Shown in pieces: positions 1 to 9,001 of a stretch of DNA of 64,000 nucleotides. Where the stretch lies: contig CAVWIG010000019.1 of assembly GCA_963754945.1 (NCBI GenBank), positions 1-64,000 on the forward strand, written 5' to 3'. Numbering within the stretch: position 1 is the stretch's first letter; every line of letters starts with the position of its first letter. A program made the translations under genes and the position numbers. The stretch is from Methanotrichaceae archaeon (GTDB lineage Archaea > Halobacteriota > Methanosarcinia > Methanotrichales > Methanotrichaceae). A model generated the notes under the pieces. It did not search any database. It was not told where the DNA came from and saw only the letters and a list, made by a program, of their open reading frames with translations.

Positions 1-7
1 CTCAAAA

Positions 8-1583
8 GGCAGTGAAAAACGTATTTTCTAGGATCGTCTTTTTAAATTAATGGACGATTTTGCAGAAATCGCCCATCAATTGCTCCAAATATGGTTATTT
101 TTCAAAAATAATTAATAATAATATTAAAAATCAATCCATCCTTTTAATAGCATCTGCTAAGTTATTATTAAATCTTTAATAACATTTAATTAATTATCCA
201 GCCGCCCTAAATGGAATTGTTTTTAGGACAGCCTCAAGAAACGTGATTTTGGGTTTGCCGATCATGCCAAAACGCTTCATGGATGAGAGCTTCATGTGGG
301 TGTTGATGCCGCTATCGGTTCTAAGCTGTTTCTTATTCTGCCCTTTTAAGCTTGTGGAATAGTAGTTCTCGATAGCGTTATTGGTAGCAGGAGCATCATC
401 AATTCGCTGAAAGGCTGTAAAATGATTCCAATCCTTTTGGAGCTTCCTCAGTCGTTTCTGAACAATAATTTCAAAATTATTTATATTATCCAATAAATTG
501 CTCATTATCACGTGAGATTCATAATATGTCCTAAGCCTCAGATTCTTGTGGGCACGCCGTCGCTTCAATTCTTGTTCATGCAAAAAGCCGCTAAACCTGA
601 TCTTTGCCCTCTTAAGCCACTCTTTTTCTTCCTTTTCATCTTTAAAGTTTATTGATGCTTCTTCCTCTACGACTTTTCTCAAATAATTCAGCTCATCTTC
701 TCGATCATAAAATATATTAAATAGCATGTATTTTACTAATTCGTCTTTCATAGGTGCTTGTTTCGAAAATTCGTTGGCAATTATTTGGTTTAGATGGAAG
801 ATACAGTATTGATGGATTGCGTTACCTTTAAAAACGTCTCTAATCAGCTCTGCATACCCTCTACCTAAATCCGTTACTATAAATATCGGTGTTGACTTTT
901 CTATAATGTCTTTCAAATTCTTCGCAAAAAATTGCTTAATGGTCTCTTGAGTCTTATTATCAGAAAGCTCTTCTGCAATAACGTTATGGCTCACCCCATT
1001 CAGCAGAGTTAACCGATACTTCTGTGATCGACCCGCCTTAGGATGTTGCTCATCGTAATGAACAATTTGAATCGGCGAATCTTCTGGCAACTGAACACTA
1101 GCAACCGAGTCTGTGAAGTTTCTGCTGATCGTATCTCTGCTTTGCGGAATAAGATAATCCATTACCTCGGATACGCCTTCAAACGAAACATTATGGTCTC
1201 TCAATACCTGGTATAGACCCGTAATAATCTGGCTAAATTCAAATTTCATCTTCTCCCAGAATGTATTATTCTCCTGCAAAGACATATTACATTTCGTGCA
1301 AATATATTTGCCAAGCTTTATGTTTACCAAATCAAGTATAGAATATCTGTTATAGCCGTTGTGGCTCATCTGTTTTCCACAGCATGGACAAGCAGGAGAA
1401 TTGATTCTACGAAATACGCCATTTGCTGTGAATTCATACTCGTTGGAGTACTCGTCAAAGGCGTTCAATATCTGATTAGCGAACGGTAGGTTTAAGAAAG
1501 TGGTAGCTATTATCGTCATGGTGGGTCTCACAGGGTACATGTACTCTATAATATATAAATGTTATGATACAATGTGCCCTGCC
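8..1583 (-). mobile_element. Insertion sequence, Mutator-like (ISH6/IS256-related); ends approximate
   Basis: AT-rich block holding one DDE transposase. Imperfect terminal IRs GGCAGTGAAAAACGTAT (8) and GGCAGGGCACATTGTAT (reverse complement, ending 1583). No TSD visible. Confidence 0.6.
194..1540 (-). CDS. DDE transposase with N-terminal Zn-finger
   Basis: CPCC...CTKC, HYDEQ, VTD, QYCIFH and TNNAIE motifs typical of Mutator-like transposases. Confidence 0.85.
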   Translation of the reverse strand: MYPVRPTMTIIATTFLNLPFANQILNAFDEYSNEYEFTANGVFRRINSPACPCCGKQMSHNGYNRYSILDLVNIKLGKYICTKCNMSLQENNTFWEKMKFEFSQIITGLYQVLRDHNVSFEGVSEVMDYLIPQSRDTISRNFTDSVASVQLPEDSPIQIVHYDEQHPKAGRSQKYRLTLLNGVSHNVIAEELSDNKTQETIKQFFAKNLKDIIEKSTPIFIVTDLGRGYAELIRDVFKGNAIHQYCIFHLNQIIANEFSKQAPMKDELVKYMLFNIFYDREDELNYLRKVVEEEASINFKDEKEEKEWLKRAKIRFSGFLHEQELKRRRAHKNLRLRTYYESHVIMSNLLDNINNFEIIVQKRLRKLQKDWNHFTAFQRIDDAPATNNAIENYYSTSLKGQNKKQLRTDSGINTHMKLSSMKRFGMIGKPKITFLEAVLKTIPFRAAG

Positions 1584-2009
1584 ACCATCACTGGGAAATG
1601 CGATTGTGCCGTTAGCCAGAAGAGCATTTAGGCCGATATTTGCAGTTGCATAATCAACTGTGGACAAATCTCAGAAAAGATGCATACATCTTCAAAGATA
1701 TTCTTTAATTATCGATATACCTCAGAAATATCGCACAGCTTATCGAGCATTAAGGATTAGGCTGCGGCTTGGTTACCGCTAATGTATATAAGTCAAAAAG
1801 GTGTGAAAAACTAGGATCGATTTCTGCGTTTGTCGCGAATCACGACTACTGAGAAAGGATCTCTTGTAGGTATCTGAAGTTAGCGGTTAAGTTTTATCAT
1901 AATTAAATAATATTTATATAGATCGTATGGGAGAATGTATGAGGCCTTCGTGCAAGAGTCGTAAGAATGCTACCTTTCAGGAAGGTTTCGCCGAATTGTC
2001 CGGTATAAG

Positions 2010-2127
2010 TGCTGTGTTGAATAACTCTGCTAAAATCGATATGCATCGTGGCATATCAGTAATGAAAGGTAAAATGAGCAAAATCGACATCTGTCAGCAT
2101 CATGGTCTTGAGTTACGCAACACAGCA
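2010..2127. mobile_element. 118-bp MITE (TGCTGTGT ends), family A
   Basis: IR TGCTGTGTTGAATAACTC / GAGTTACGCAACACAGCA; 8-bp TSD GGTATAAG at 2002-2009 and 2128-2135; second copy at 32986. Confidence 0.9.
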
Positions 2128-2326
2128 GGTATAAGGTCCGGTATAAGGAGTATGTCCTCTAGAAGTAGTGCGGGTCCACCTGGAAGATATTCGATGAACT
2201 TGTCAAAAGCCAAAATTCGATTGTGTATGCGGATTGACGGCCAATACGCGACAGAGCAATTTCTGTCATTCTCTCCGCTAAAGTACTCGCTTATTTGCCT
2301 TCATGTGACGTTGTTTGTGATGTAGT

Positions 2327-3145
2327 TCAGATGAGAGTGTGTCTCAAGGCTGCAGCCAGGAAGGCCAGGAGCGCCACTGCCATCCCTAGCTTCAGAGCCC
2401 GCTGAGACCCGGATGCGTCTTTTCTTACGATCTTCCAAACAGAACCCGCCAGAAAGACGTCTGCTAAAGTCACGATGACCAAATAGGTCGTCCCATAGCC
2501 CGGCTGGTAACTCAAAACGACGGCGATGAGCGCGAAGATTGCTGCCACGACTCCGGATAGCTTCTCACCGGCCAATATGGGCAGTGTTCTAGCACCCGCA
2601 CGACTATCTCCTTCCATATCCTCGACGTCCTTCATGATCTCTCGGCTCATTGTGGCCAGGGAGGACAGCCAGAAGGGAATGAGGACCGCGGTCATGCCGG
2701 CATAGCCAAGAACAGCTCCGCCAAACAGGAAGGTAGAGCCCGTCAGGTAGGCAACGCAGATGTTGCCCATCAAGAGTGTAGTCTTCAGGTTTCTTGCGTA
2801 AAGGTACAGGAGAGCCGAGTTAGCAACGGCGATGACAAGGCAGAGCCAGTTCAGCAGGCCGGCAAGGATGCAGCCTGCGGCAAAAAGAACATACGACCAC
2901 ATCAGCGCTTGCTTAGGTGTCACGCGAAGGCTAGGTACTGGTCGATCCGGCCTGTTGACAGCATCTATCTCCCGGTCAAAGTAGTCGTTTACTGCGTTCC
3001 CTGCCCCTGTCACCAAGAACACTGCAAAGAAGATCAGCAATGCAGGCTGCACGTCCCTGCCGCCGGCCATTAGCAGCCCAATGATAGCAGCAAAACCTGC
3101 CATCAGGCAGTTGAAAGGCCGCATCAGCTCTAAGAAAACCTTCAA
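2327..3145 (-). CDS. Digeranylgeranylglyceryl phosphate synthase (UbiA family)
   Basis: NDYFDREIDAVNRPDRP and REIMKDVEDMEGD motifs; multi-TM. Confidence 0.9.
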   Translation of the reverse strand: MKVFLELMRPFNCLMAGFAAIIGLLMAGGRDVQPALLIFFAVFLVTGAGNAVNDYFDREIDAVNRPDRPVPSLRVTPKQALMWSYVLFAAGCILAGLLNWLCLVIAVANSALLYLYARNLKTTLLMGNICVAYLTGSTFLFGGAVLGYAGMTAVLIPFWLSSLATMSREIMKDVEDMEGDSRAGARTLPILAGEKLSGVVAAIFALIAVVLSYQPGYGTTYLVIVTLADVFLAGSVWKIVRKDASGSQRALKLGMAVALLAFLAAALRHTLI

Positions 3146-3166
3146 TGCCAGTCTCCGAAAGCGGCG

Positions 3167-3481
3167 CTAGTTCATGTTGCCGCGCATCAGGTATAGCAGA
3201 TAGATCTCAGTTAAGTATCTATCGATGTGATTTAGAACGGGAGAATCACTTGGTCTGGGAGCAGTCCGCCTTAGCAGATAGGTACGGCATCCTCTTGCAG
3301 ACACGCTGTTACGTTTTATTAGCCCTGAACTCATCAGCTTGGACACTATTTTTGAACACTTACTGCTCTCGATGCCCAGTAGCTTTCTCAGCTCGGACTG
3401 TAGCAACCCCTCTCTTTTGGAGCCAATGAGCTCAAGCGCTCTGTCGGGAAGGTGAGGCTTGAGAACCGATGAGTCGGCCAT
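3167..3481 (-). CDS. Winged-helix protein resembling the TFEbeta/RPC34-like N-terminal domain
   Basis: GLLQSELRKLLGIESSKCSKIVSKL..GLIKR..G.RTYLL; ATG at 3481 preceded by GAGG. Confidence 0.7.
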   Translation of the reverse strand: MADSSVLKPHLPDRALELIGSKREGLLQSELRKLLGIESSKCSKIVSKLMSSGLIKRNSVSARGCRTYLLRRTAPRPSDSPVLNHIDRYLTEIYLLYLMRGNMN

Positions 3482-3770
3482 CCTCGAATACACCCCTGTA
3501 TGACAATATAGGCATTTCACTTAATTTTAATATATAGCAACACATACACATCTTTGAGTATATAGCTTTTGTGCTGATATTTCTATCTTTTGGACTAAAT
3601 CTAACTAAGAAGTCTGACATATGCAATATATTCCCATAAAAATCCGATTAATAGTCGAAATATTCTTTTTTAGATATAGGAAATTGTGACCCAGATGGCG
3701 AAGGCGTGCATAGACTTGAAAAATATAACTCAATTATTCGGTGTCTCTGGCTTTTTAGAATGAGATCGCA

Positions 3771-4595
3771 TCAGACCGCTCTTTCATCCGGGAATCTGGC
3801 ACGAATCTCCTTGCTCCTGAGCACAGGCAAGCCTATCTCTTCCAGGATCTTAGAAAATCTGTCCCTGTTTTCTCGGTGCAGTGACTTTCGATCCAGGTAC
3901 GCATAGCTTGCACACGACTTCTCCCGGGCCTCTTCCAGCACTTTCTGATCAAGGGACTCCACTTGGTAGCTGGAGAACATGTGGCCGAAGGCTATCTCCG
4001 CCTCAAGCATCAGACTTGTCTGCCTGGGAACGTAATGTCCACCACCGATCCCGAGGAAAACGGGAAGCTCACGGGACTCAATGCCTAGTATCGACCTGGC
4101 CACCGACTCTCCAGCCCGTGGATCTGACCACTGCTTTTCAGAGCTTCCTATCTCAGCGAAAAAGCATGGAGTCTTCATGTCGGTAGGTCCGTGGTGAGTT
4201 GCCTCCGCAGATACCCTAAAACCTTCTGGAGCCACCTTGGCTACATTACGAAGAAAAGATCGCAAGCCTGAAGGTGATGCCGCCGAGAGCCTCCTTTTGC
4301 TGGCATCATCGGGGGCGAACTCTCCTGTAAAGTGGCCTCCTAGCCATGGAATCTCAACTTTAGCCACGTGCCGGCAGGCGAAGACCACCAACTCGGGCTT
4401 GAGTCCCAGTTCGTCGAGGCGTTCTTCAAGGCTGTGCAGAGCAGTCTGTTGCTGGTCGTGGATGACCAGGCGATTGTGCCCGGAGGATCGATAGCCACCA
4501 TGATCCTCCCACACTGTCAGATCGAGCAGGCTCCTCGCTATGTTCAGGCTGGCCGGGTCTGCAGTTGTGCAGACGATGGCAACCTCACTGCTCAT
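3771..4595 (-). CDS. dtdA: Archaeal D-aminoacyl-tRNA deacylase (DTD2)
   Basis: DPASLNI, EATHHGPT, FAEIGS and GGGHY motifs. Confidence 0.92.
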   Translation of the reverse strand: MSSEVAIVCTTADPASLNIARSLLDLTVWEDHGGYRSSGHNRLVIHDQQQTALHSLEERLDELGLKPELVVFACRHVAKVEIPWLGGHFTGEFAPDDASKRRLSAASPSGLRSFLRNVAKVAPEGFRVSAEATHHGPTDMKTPCFFAEIGSSEKQWSDPRAGESVARSILGIESRELPVFLGIGGGHYVPRQTSLMLEAEIAFGHMFSSYQVESLDQKVLEEAREKSCASYAYLDRKSLHRENRDRFSKILEEIGLPVLRSKEIRARFPDERAV

Positions 4596-5653
4596 ATCTC
4601 TTTGGATACGCCCAGCATCTGCCCAACCATTGGGGCATAATCGATCTTGGTCATCTTGATGTTGTTCAGGGGCATAATGACCAGCATGGGGCGTTCGCTG
4701 ATCAGTCCCTCAGTGGCCAGGCCTCTGACCTCAGCGTCCAGGCGGCTCTTGAGATCTGTATAGCCCGTGGAGAGGAAGGCTCCAAAGATCTCTCCGGGCT
4801 GCATGTAGCTAAAGAGTGGGGCTCCGACTTTACGGAAGGCTTTGTAGACCCTGGACAGATCCTCTTGAGAATGTCCATGGCGTATCTTAACATGATAGAA
4901 GGACATCAGCTCGCAGCAGACCTTCTGCCAGTCTATATAGGCTTCTCTACCGAGAAGGCCGCTCTGGAAGAATTTGGTCCTCTTGCCGGAGATAGTGGGT
5001 CGGGATATGCCGGTGCGCCTGGAAAGCTCCAGATCGGAGAGCATTGGATATTTCACAAAGGCGTAGAGTGTCAGCTTATCCTTCTCTGTTAACTTCGAGT
5101 CCTCAGACGATTCAGACTTTGCCAGGAATTCTTCCTCAGGCTGGTCGGTCCTTCCCAGCTCGAAGATGCTGTCCACTGCCAGAGAAGCGTCAGCCGAGTA
5201 GCGGGTGATCTGGAATGGATAGTGGAAGTACTTGATGTCCTCGACGAAGTCGTTCCCATAGTACTCATCCATGAATGGGTCAAAGATAGCTCTGAAGTCG
5301 GTCAGGCTCCTGGAGTAAAACGTTGAGACTGAATCTGTGTCCGTGGATGTATGAGACACACAGTTGGGGTAGTTCATCCAACCCTCGAATGCCTTGGTCC
5401 CTTTTCTGGCCTCAAAGGGAGCGGTAGGCTTGTACTTCACGAAAACCGTAGTTAGGATCTCGGCTCCAACAGCTTCTCCCGATGGGACGTTCAGAAGCTT
5501 GATCAACTGCCATTCGCGGAACTTTCTCTTGCTCTTGAATATGGTTGATCTGTCCACACCTATCTTTGAAGCTAGATCTATGTCGCTTAAACCAGGATAT
5601 CTGGCAAGACCGTAAAGAACTAACCTTTCCTTTGATGTCAATTTTAGCTGCAT
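4592..5653 (-). CDS. Transcription regulator with two tandem wHTH/Lrp-like modules
   Basis: Duplicated LTxKxxLxLY...YPxLSDxxLxxxxGxxRxTI units; stop overlaps the dtdA start. Confidence 0.7.
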   Translation of the reverse strand: MQLKLTSKERLVLYGLARYPGLSDIDLASKIGVDRSTIFKSKRKFREWQLIKLLNVPSGEAVGAEILTTVFVKYKPTAPFEARKGTKAFEGWMNYPNCVSHTSTDTDSVSTFYSRSLTDFRAIFDPFMDEYYGNDFVEDIKYFHYPFQITRYSADASLAVDSIFELGRTDQPEEEFLAKSESSEDSKLTEKDKLTLYAFVKYPMLSDLELSRRTGISRPTISGKRTKFFQSGLLGREAYIDWQKVCCELMSFYHVKIRHGHSQEDLSRVYKAFRKVGAPLFSYMQPGEIFGAFLSTGYTDLKSRLDAEVRGLATEGLISERPMLVIMPLNNIKMTKIDYAPMVGQMLGVSKEI

Positions 5654-5805
5654 TTGAATGTATTATACTTTTGCAACTATTTATAGATTGCCTTTTTTCC
5701 GGCTTTTGGATCTAATGGTCCGGCAGATGCTTGAGATCCAGCTAAATATTTTGCCATATTTCCTTTGCAAAATTCCTGAACTGAACTCCTAATTGATTCT
5801 TGCCT

Positions 5806-6369
5806 TTAATACTGGAAACTGGTATAAGCTTTATCCTGCACAGAAAAGGGACGGTCATGGCCAGGTACCACAACATCCGCGATATTCAGGATCCTGGACA
5901 TGCTTCTGCAGGCCATTCCTCTATCGACATGATGGGCCGGTGGAACGCCCTTAATGTAGTTGCTAAAGGTTGGCAGAGCATCTCCGGCCAAGACCACTAC
6001 ATTTTGGGATTCAACGACAACTGATATGCTGTCCGTGCTATGGCCCGGTGTTTCTATGATCTTTACACCTGGAGCAATCTGATCCCCTTCTTTGGGGGAA
6101 ATGATCCCGGCTCTGGAGAATAGAAAGTTGTTTCCGGTGTGGTCCCAATGAGTGTGCGTATTGATCACCGAGTCGATATCCTCTGGATTTAGCCCCCTCT
6201 CTGCAAGGCCCTTGAGAATTATCTTCTCCTCGCCCTTTAGGCCGGTATCGACAATTATCCTCCGAGTGCCTGTGGATATCAGGGTCACCGACGACCTGGC
6301 ATCGAGGATTGTGCCGGAGTCGTTTTTCAGAATCGATCCGGGTTTTAGAAGGTACACCCTGGGAAACAC
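5806..6369 (-). CDS. MBL-fold metallo-hydrolase
   Basis: VDTG, THTHWDHTG, TPGHS, GDA and PGHD motifs. Confidence 0.9.
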   Translation of the reverse strand: MFPRVYLLKPGSILKNDSGTILDARSSVTLISTGTRRIIVDTGLKGEEKIILKGLAERGLNPEDIDSVINTHTHWDHTGNNFLFSRAGIISPKEGDQIAPGVKIIETPGHSTDSISVVVESQNVVVLAGDALPTFSNYIKGVPPAHHVDRGMACRSMSRILNIADVVVPGHDRPFSVQDKAYTSFQY

Positions 6370-6491
6370 AAAAAAAAGAGTGTTAAGGCCGGTTATTATA
6401 GATTTCCCGGCTCCTTCTGCTCTTGTTCTCTTCTGCCATCGTCGTCTTCAGTCTTGTCCTCTTCCATCCTTTGATCGCTTCATCGTTCAGC

Positions 6492-7832
6492 TCAAGTCAA
6501 ATAGCTCTGCAGCTTAGCATTCAGCCGCTCAACCTGCTGCACGGCCGTTCCTATGTACCTGTGCGGATCGAGAAGGCTGTGTATCTCGTCCGGAGAGATG
6601 TGCTCTGTCACAGTCGCTTGCTCCAAAAGGACGTCCGCAAGCTCTCTCTTCTCCTCGAAAGCCTTCATTGAGGATAGTCTCATGATCTCGTGGGCCTGCT
6701 GGCGTCCCACGCCTTTCTTTGCCAGCTCGACCATGACGTTCTCCGCCATGTTCAGGCCATGGAGAAGCATCAGGTTCTTCTCGATGTTCTCCGGTCGTAG
6801 CCGGAGGTTTGAAAGGACCCGAGCCGCTAGGGTGAGCAGGTGATCAGTGAGGACAAACGCCTCCGGGAACTCTACGCGCTCGCAGCTCGAGTTGGTCAGG
6901 TCCCTCTCGTCCCAGAGGGGGATATTCTCGAAGGCCGGTAGGACCTGGGCGCGGACTATTCGCGACAGGCCGCAGATCTGCTCTGATTTTATGGGGTTCC
7001 GCTTGTGGGGCATGGTGCTCGATCCAACCTGCTTCTTTCCGAAGCCCTCTTCGACCTCCGCAATCTCAGTCCTCTGCAGAGTCCGTATCTCAACGAAGAT
7101 CTTGTCCAGGGTGGAAGCGACAAGCGCCATCCAACAGATCATCTCAGCATGTCTGTCACGCTGGATGACCTGGTTGGAGACGTCCACCTCGTTTAACCCC
7201 AGATTCTGCATCACCTTGGTCTGGATCTCCATGCCGTGAGGTCCGTAGGCCGCCTGGGTTCCCACGGCTCCGCTCGTCTTGCCTACAGCCACCCGGGGCC
7301 GGAGCTGCTGCAGCCTATCGATGTGTCGCGCAATCTCCGAGGCCCAGATGGCAAACCGAAGTCCATAAGTCGTGGGCACGGCGATCTGCCCGTGGGTTCG
7401 TCCGGCGCAGACTAGGTTCTTGTTCTTCATGGCCATATCCAGAAGAATCGAAAGCAGTTTCTTCAGCTTCGGCTCAAGAACATCCAAGGATGCCTTGATC
7501 TGCAGGCCCGTCGCAGTGTCTAGGATATCGTTGGATGTCGCTCCAAGGTGAATCCATTCGCCTGAGCGCGGGCAGACTTCGGCCATCGCAAGGACAGTAG
7601 CCATCATGTCGTGGCCGATCTCATCCTCGATCTGCTTGGCACGTTCTGGGCTTGCATTCAGAGCAGCCTCGGCGATATCTGCAGCAGTGCCTTTTGGAAG
7701 CAGCCCGACCTCTTCTTCGGCCTTCGCAAGGGCGGCTTCGACTTTGAAGAGACATCTGAGCCTGAAGTCTTCCTCCCAGATTGCCTTCATCTCCGGGGTT
7801 CCATACCTGAAATCAATGGGATGAATAGCCAT
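6492..7832 (-). CDS. purB: Adenylosuccinate lyase
   Basis: Signature GSSTMPHKRNP and GRTHGQ; start placed at MAIHPIDFRYG (7832). Confidence 0.95.
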   Translation of the reverse strand: MAIHPIDFRYGTPEMKAIWEEDFRLRCLFKVEAALAKAEEEVGLLPKGTAADIAEAALNASPERAKQIEDEIGHDMMATVLAMAEVCPRSGEWIHLGATSNDILDTATGLQIKASLDVLEPKLKKLLSILLDMAMKNKNLVCAGRTHGQIAVPTTYGLRFAIWASEIARHIDRLQQLRPRVAVGKTSGAVGTQAAYGPHGMEIQTKVMQNLGLNEVDVSNQVIQRDRHAEMICWMALVASTLDKIFVEIRTLQRTEIAEVEEGFGKKQVGSSTMPHKRNPIKSEQICGLSRIVRAQVLPAFENIPLWDERDLTNSSCERVEFPEAFVLTDHLLTLAARVLSNLRLRPENIEKNLMLLHGLNMAENVMVELAKKGVGRQQAHEIMRLSSMKAFEEKRELADVLLEQATVTEHISPDEIHSLLDPHRYIGTAVQQVERLNAKLQSYLT

Positions 7833-8414
7833 GAGCGAGAGGATTGCTGGAAGGGATTGATGGAACTTTTGGTCAGGAAGATGATGGCGACATTTGCGCG
7901 GTCGGACTATCACGTTGCAGGGGAAGAACATAAGGCTAAACAGTCTTCATTACCTCCAGTCTTGTAAGGATGGCCAATAAGTTTTAGACTATATAATTTC
8001 ACGCATGCCTGTGGATGCTGATTCTGCAATTATGATTACGCGAGGGTCTCCTCTTGCCTGAAGGTTTGAGGACAAGCCCAATGACTGAAATTAATAAAGG
8101 ATTCTCCAGTGTATCCAACAAGGAATCCGATAAATAGACCTCCTCAAATCACGCATCATAGTGCCATTTGCAATGCAACGGGCGATTGCAAAAGGTGATA
8201 TCGTCGCCCGAAGAGATCACCCATAAGGTGACGTATGCAGTAATGATTCATTGGAAAGGCATGAACTGAAAAATGAGTGAGCCCGGGCAAACGTTCCTAT
8301 CTTTGTAAAATTCCATATTTTGTATCTTATTCATAATTTCTTTTATGTAAAAATGGTTTTCTGAAATTAATTTCCAGCAAAAGTACTTATTCCTACACAT
8401 AGTAATAGCTAATT

Positions 8415-8666
8415 ATGGCAGGAGTTCTTGAGGGAATAAGATGGCCGCAAAAATGGCGGGTAATTGGACACAGCTCGTTGCCTCGCAAAGTGGATCTGAG
8501 GGTCCTGGAACTCCAGGCCGCTAAGGAAATCCTGGCCGAAGTCTTTAGGGTCAGGATCTCGGACGTAGAGGAGATGATCCAGAATCGATATGATGAGATC
8601 TGCTACGTAAAAACTGGTTTTGAGGAAACTGAGCAATGGCCACGAGAGTTCGTGTTGAAAGAATAG
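8415..8666 (+). CDS. Small hypothetical protein, 83 aa
   Basis: Stand-alone ATG ORF downstream of an AT-rich tract; helical-looking core LELQAAKEILAEVF..VEEMIQNR. Confidence 0.6.
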   Translation: MAGVLEGIRWPQKWRVIGHSSLPRKVDLRVLELQAAKEILAEVFRVRISDVEEMIQNRYDEICYVKTGFEETEQWPREFVLKE

Positions 8667-8830
8667 AGGCCACATGGTATCAAGCAGCCCCTTTCTTCTA
8701 ACTTTATGTGTGCTAGGAAAGCCTGCCTTTCACCGCCATCCTCTGGAGCCAAGTGAGCTATAAAGAAGCTATCGACCGGTCAATTTCATACGGGAGATGA
8801 GAACCTCGTGTAAATTTTCTAGACGAACCA

Positions 8831-8968
8831 CGACATCCGCAAGATTTATATTCGTTGAATGTCGAGTACGTCGCATGTCGTAAATAAGTACGGCATAGTG
8901 GGTAGGGAAGAGTGGGGGCTTAGTGCCCCAATTATTTGACTTCGGTCGCCCTTCGGCGCGTACCGAAG
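8831..8968 (+). promoter_or_regulatory. Putative promoter/operator and leader hairpin of the TPR operon
   Basis: TTTATA box at about 8845 flanked by CGACAT/ATGTCG; IR ATGTCGTA-N6-TACGGCAT at 8875-8896; hairpin CTTCGGT..ACCGAAG at 8940-8968. Confidence 0.45.
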
Positions 8969-9001
8969 AAATAGGAGAGTGATTTCATTAAACGAAATAA
9001 G

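Noticed and set aside
1476-1667. 63-aa minus-strand ORF MSTVDYATANIGLNALLANG...
   Set aside because: Only about 28 codons lie outside the IS. It may be a gene start truncated by the IS, but it is too short to assign.
1998-2147. Three GGTATAAG repeats resembling a mini-CRISPR
   Set aside because: Two are the MITE TSD and the third is a short local duplication; repeats are too short and no cas genes are present.
1927-2325. 132-aa plus-strand ORF
   Set aside because: Runs through MITE A and has no recognisable motif; likely spurious.
6397-6468. 23-codon acidic ORF between purB and the MBL gene
   Set aside because: Too short and low-complexity to support.
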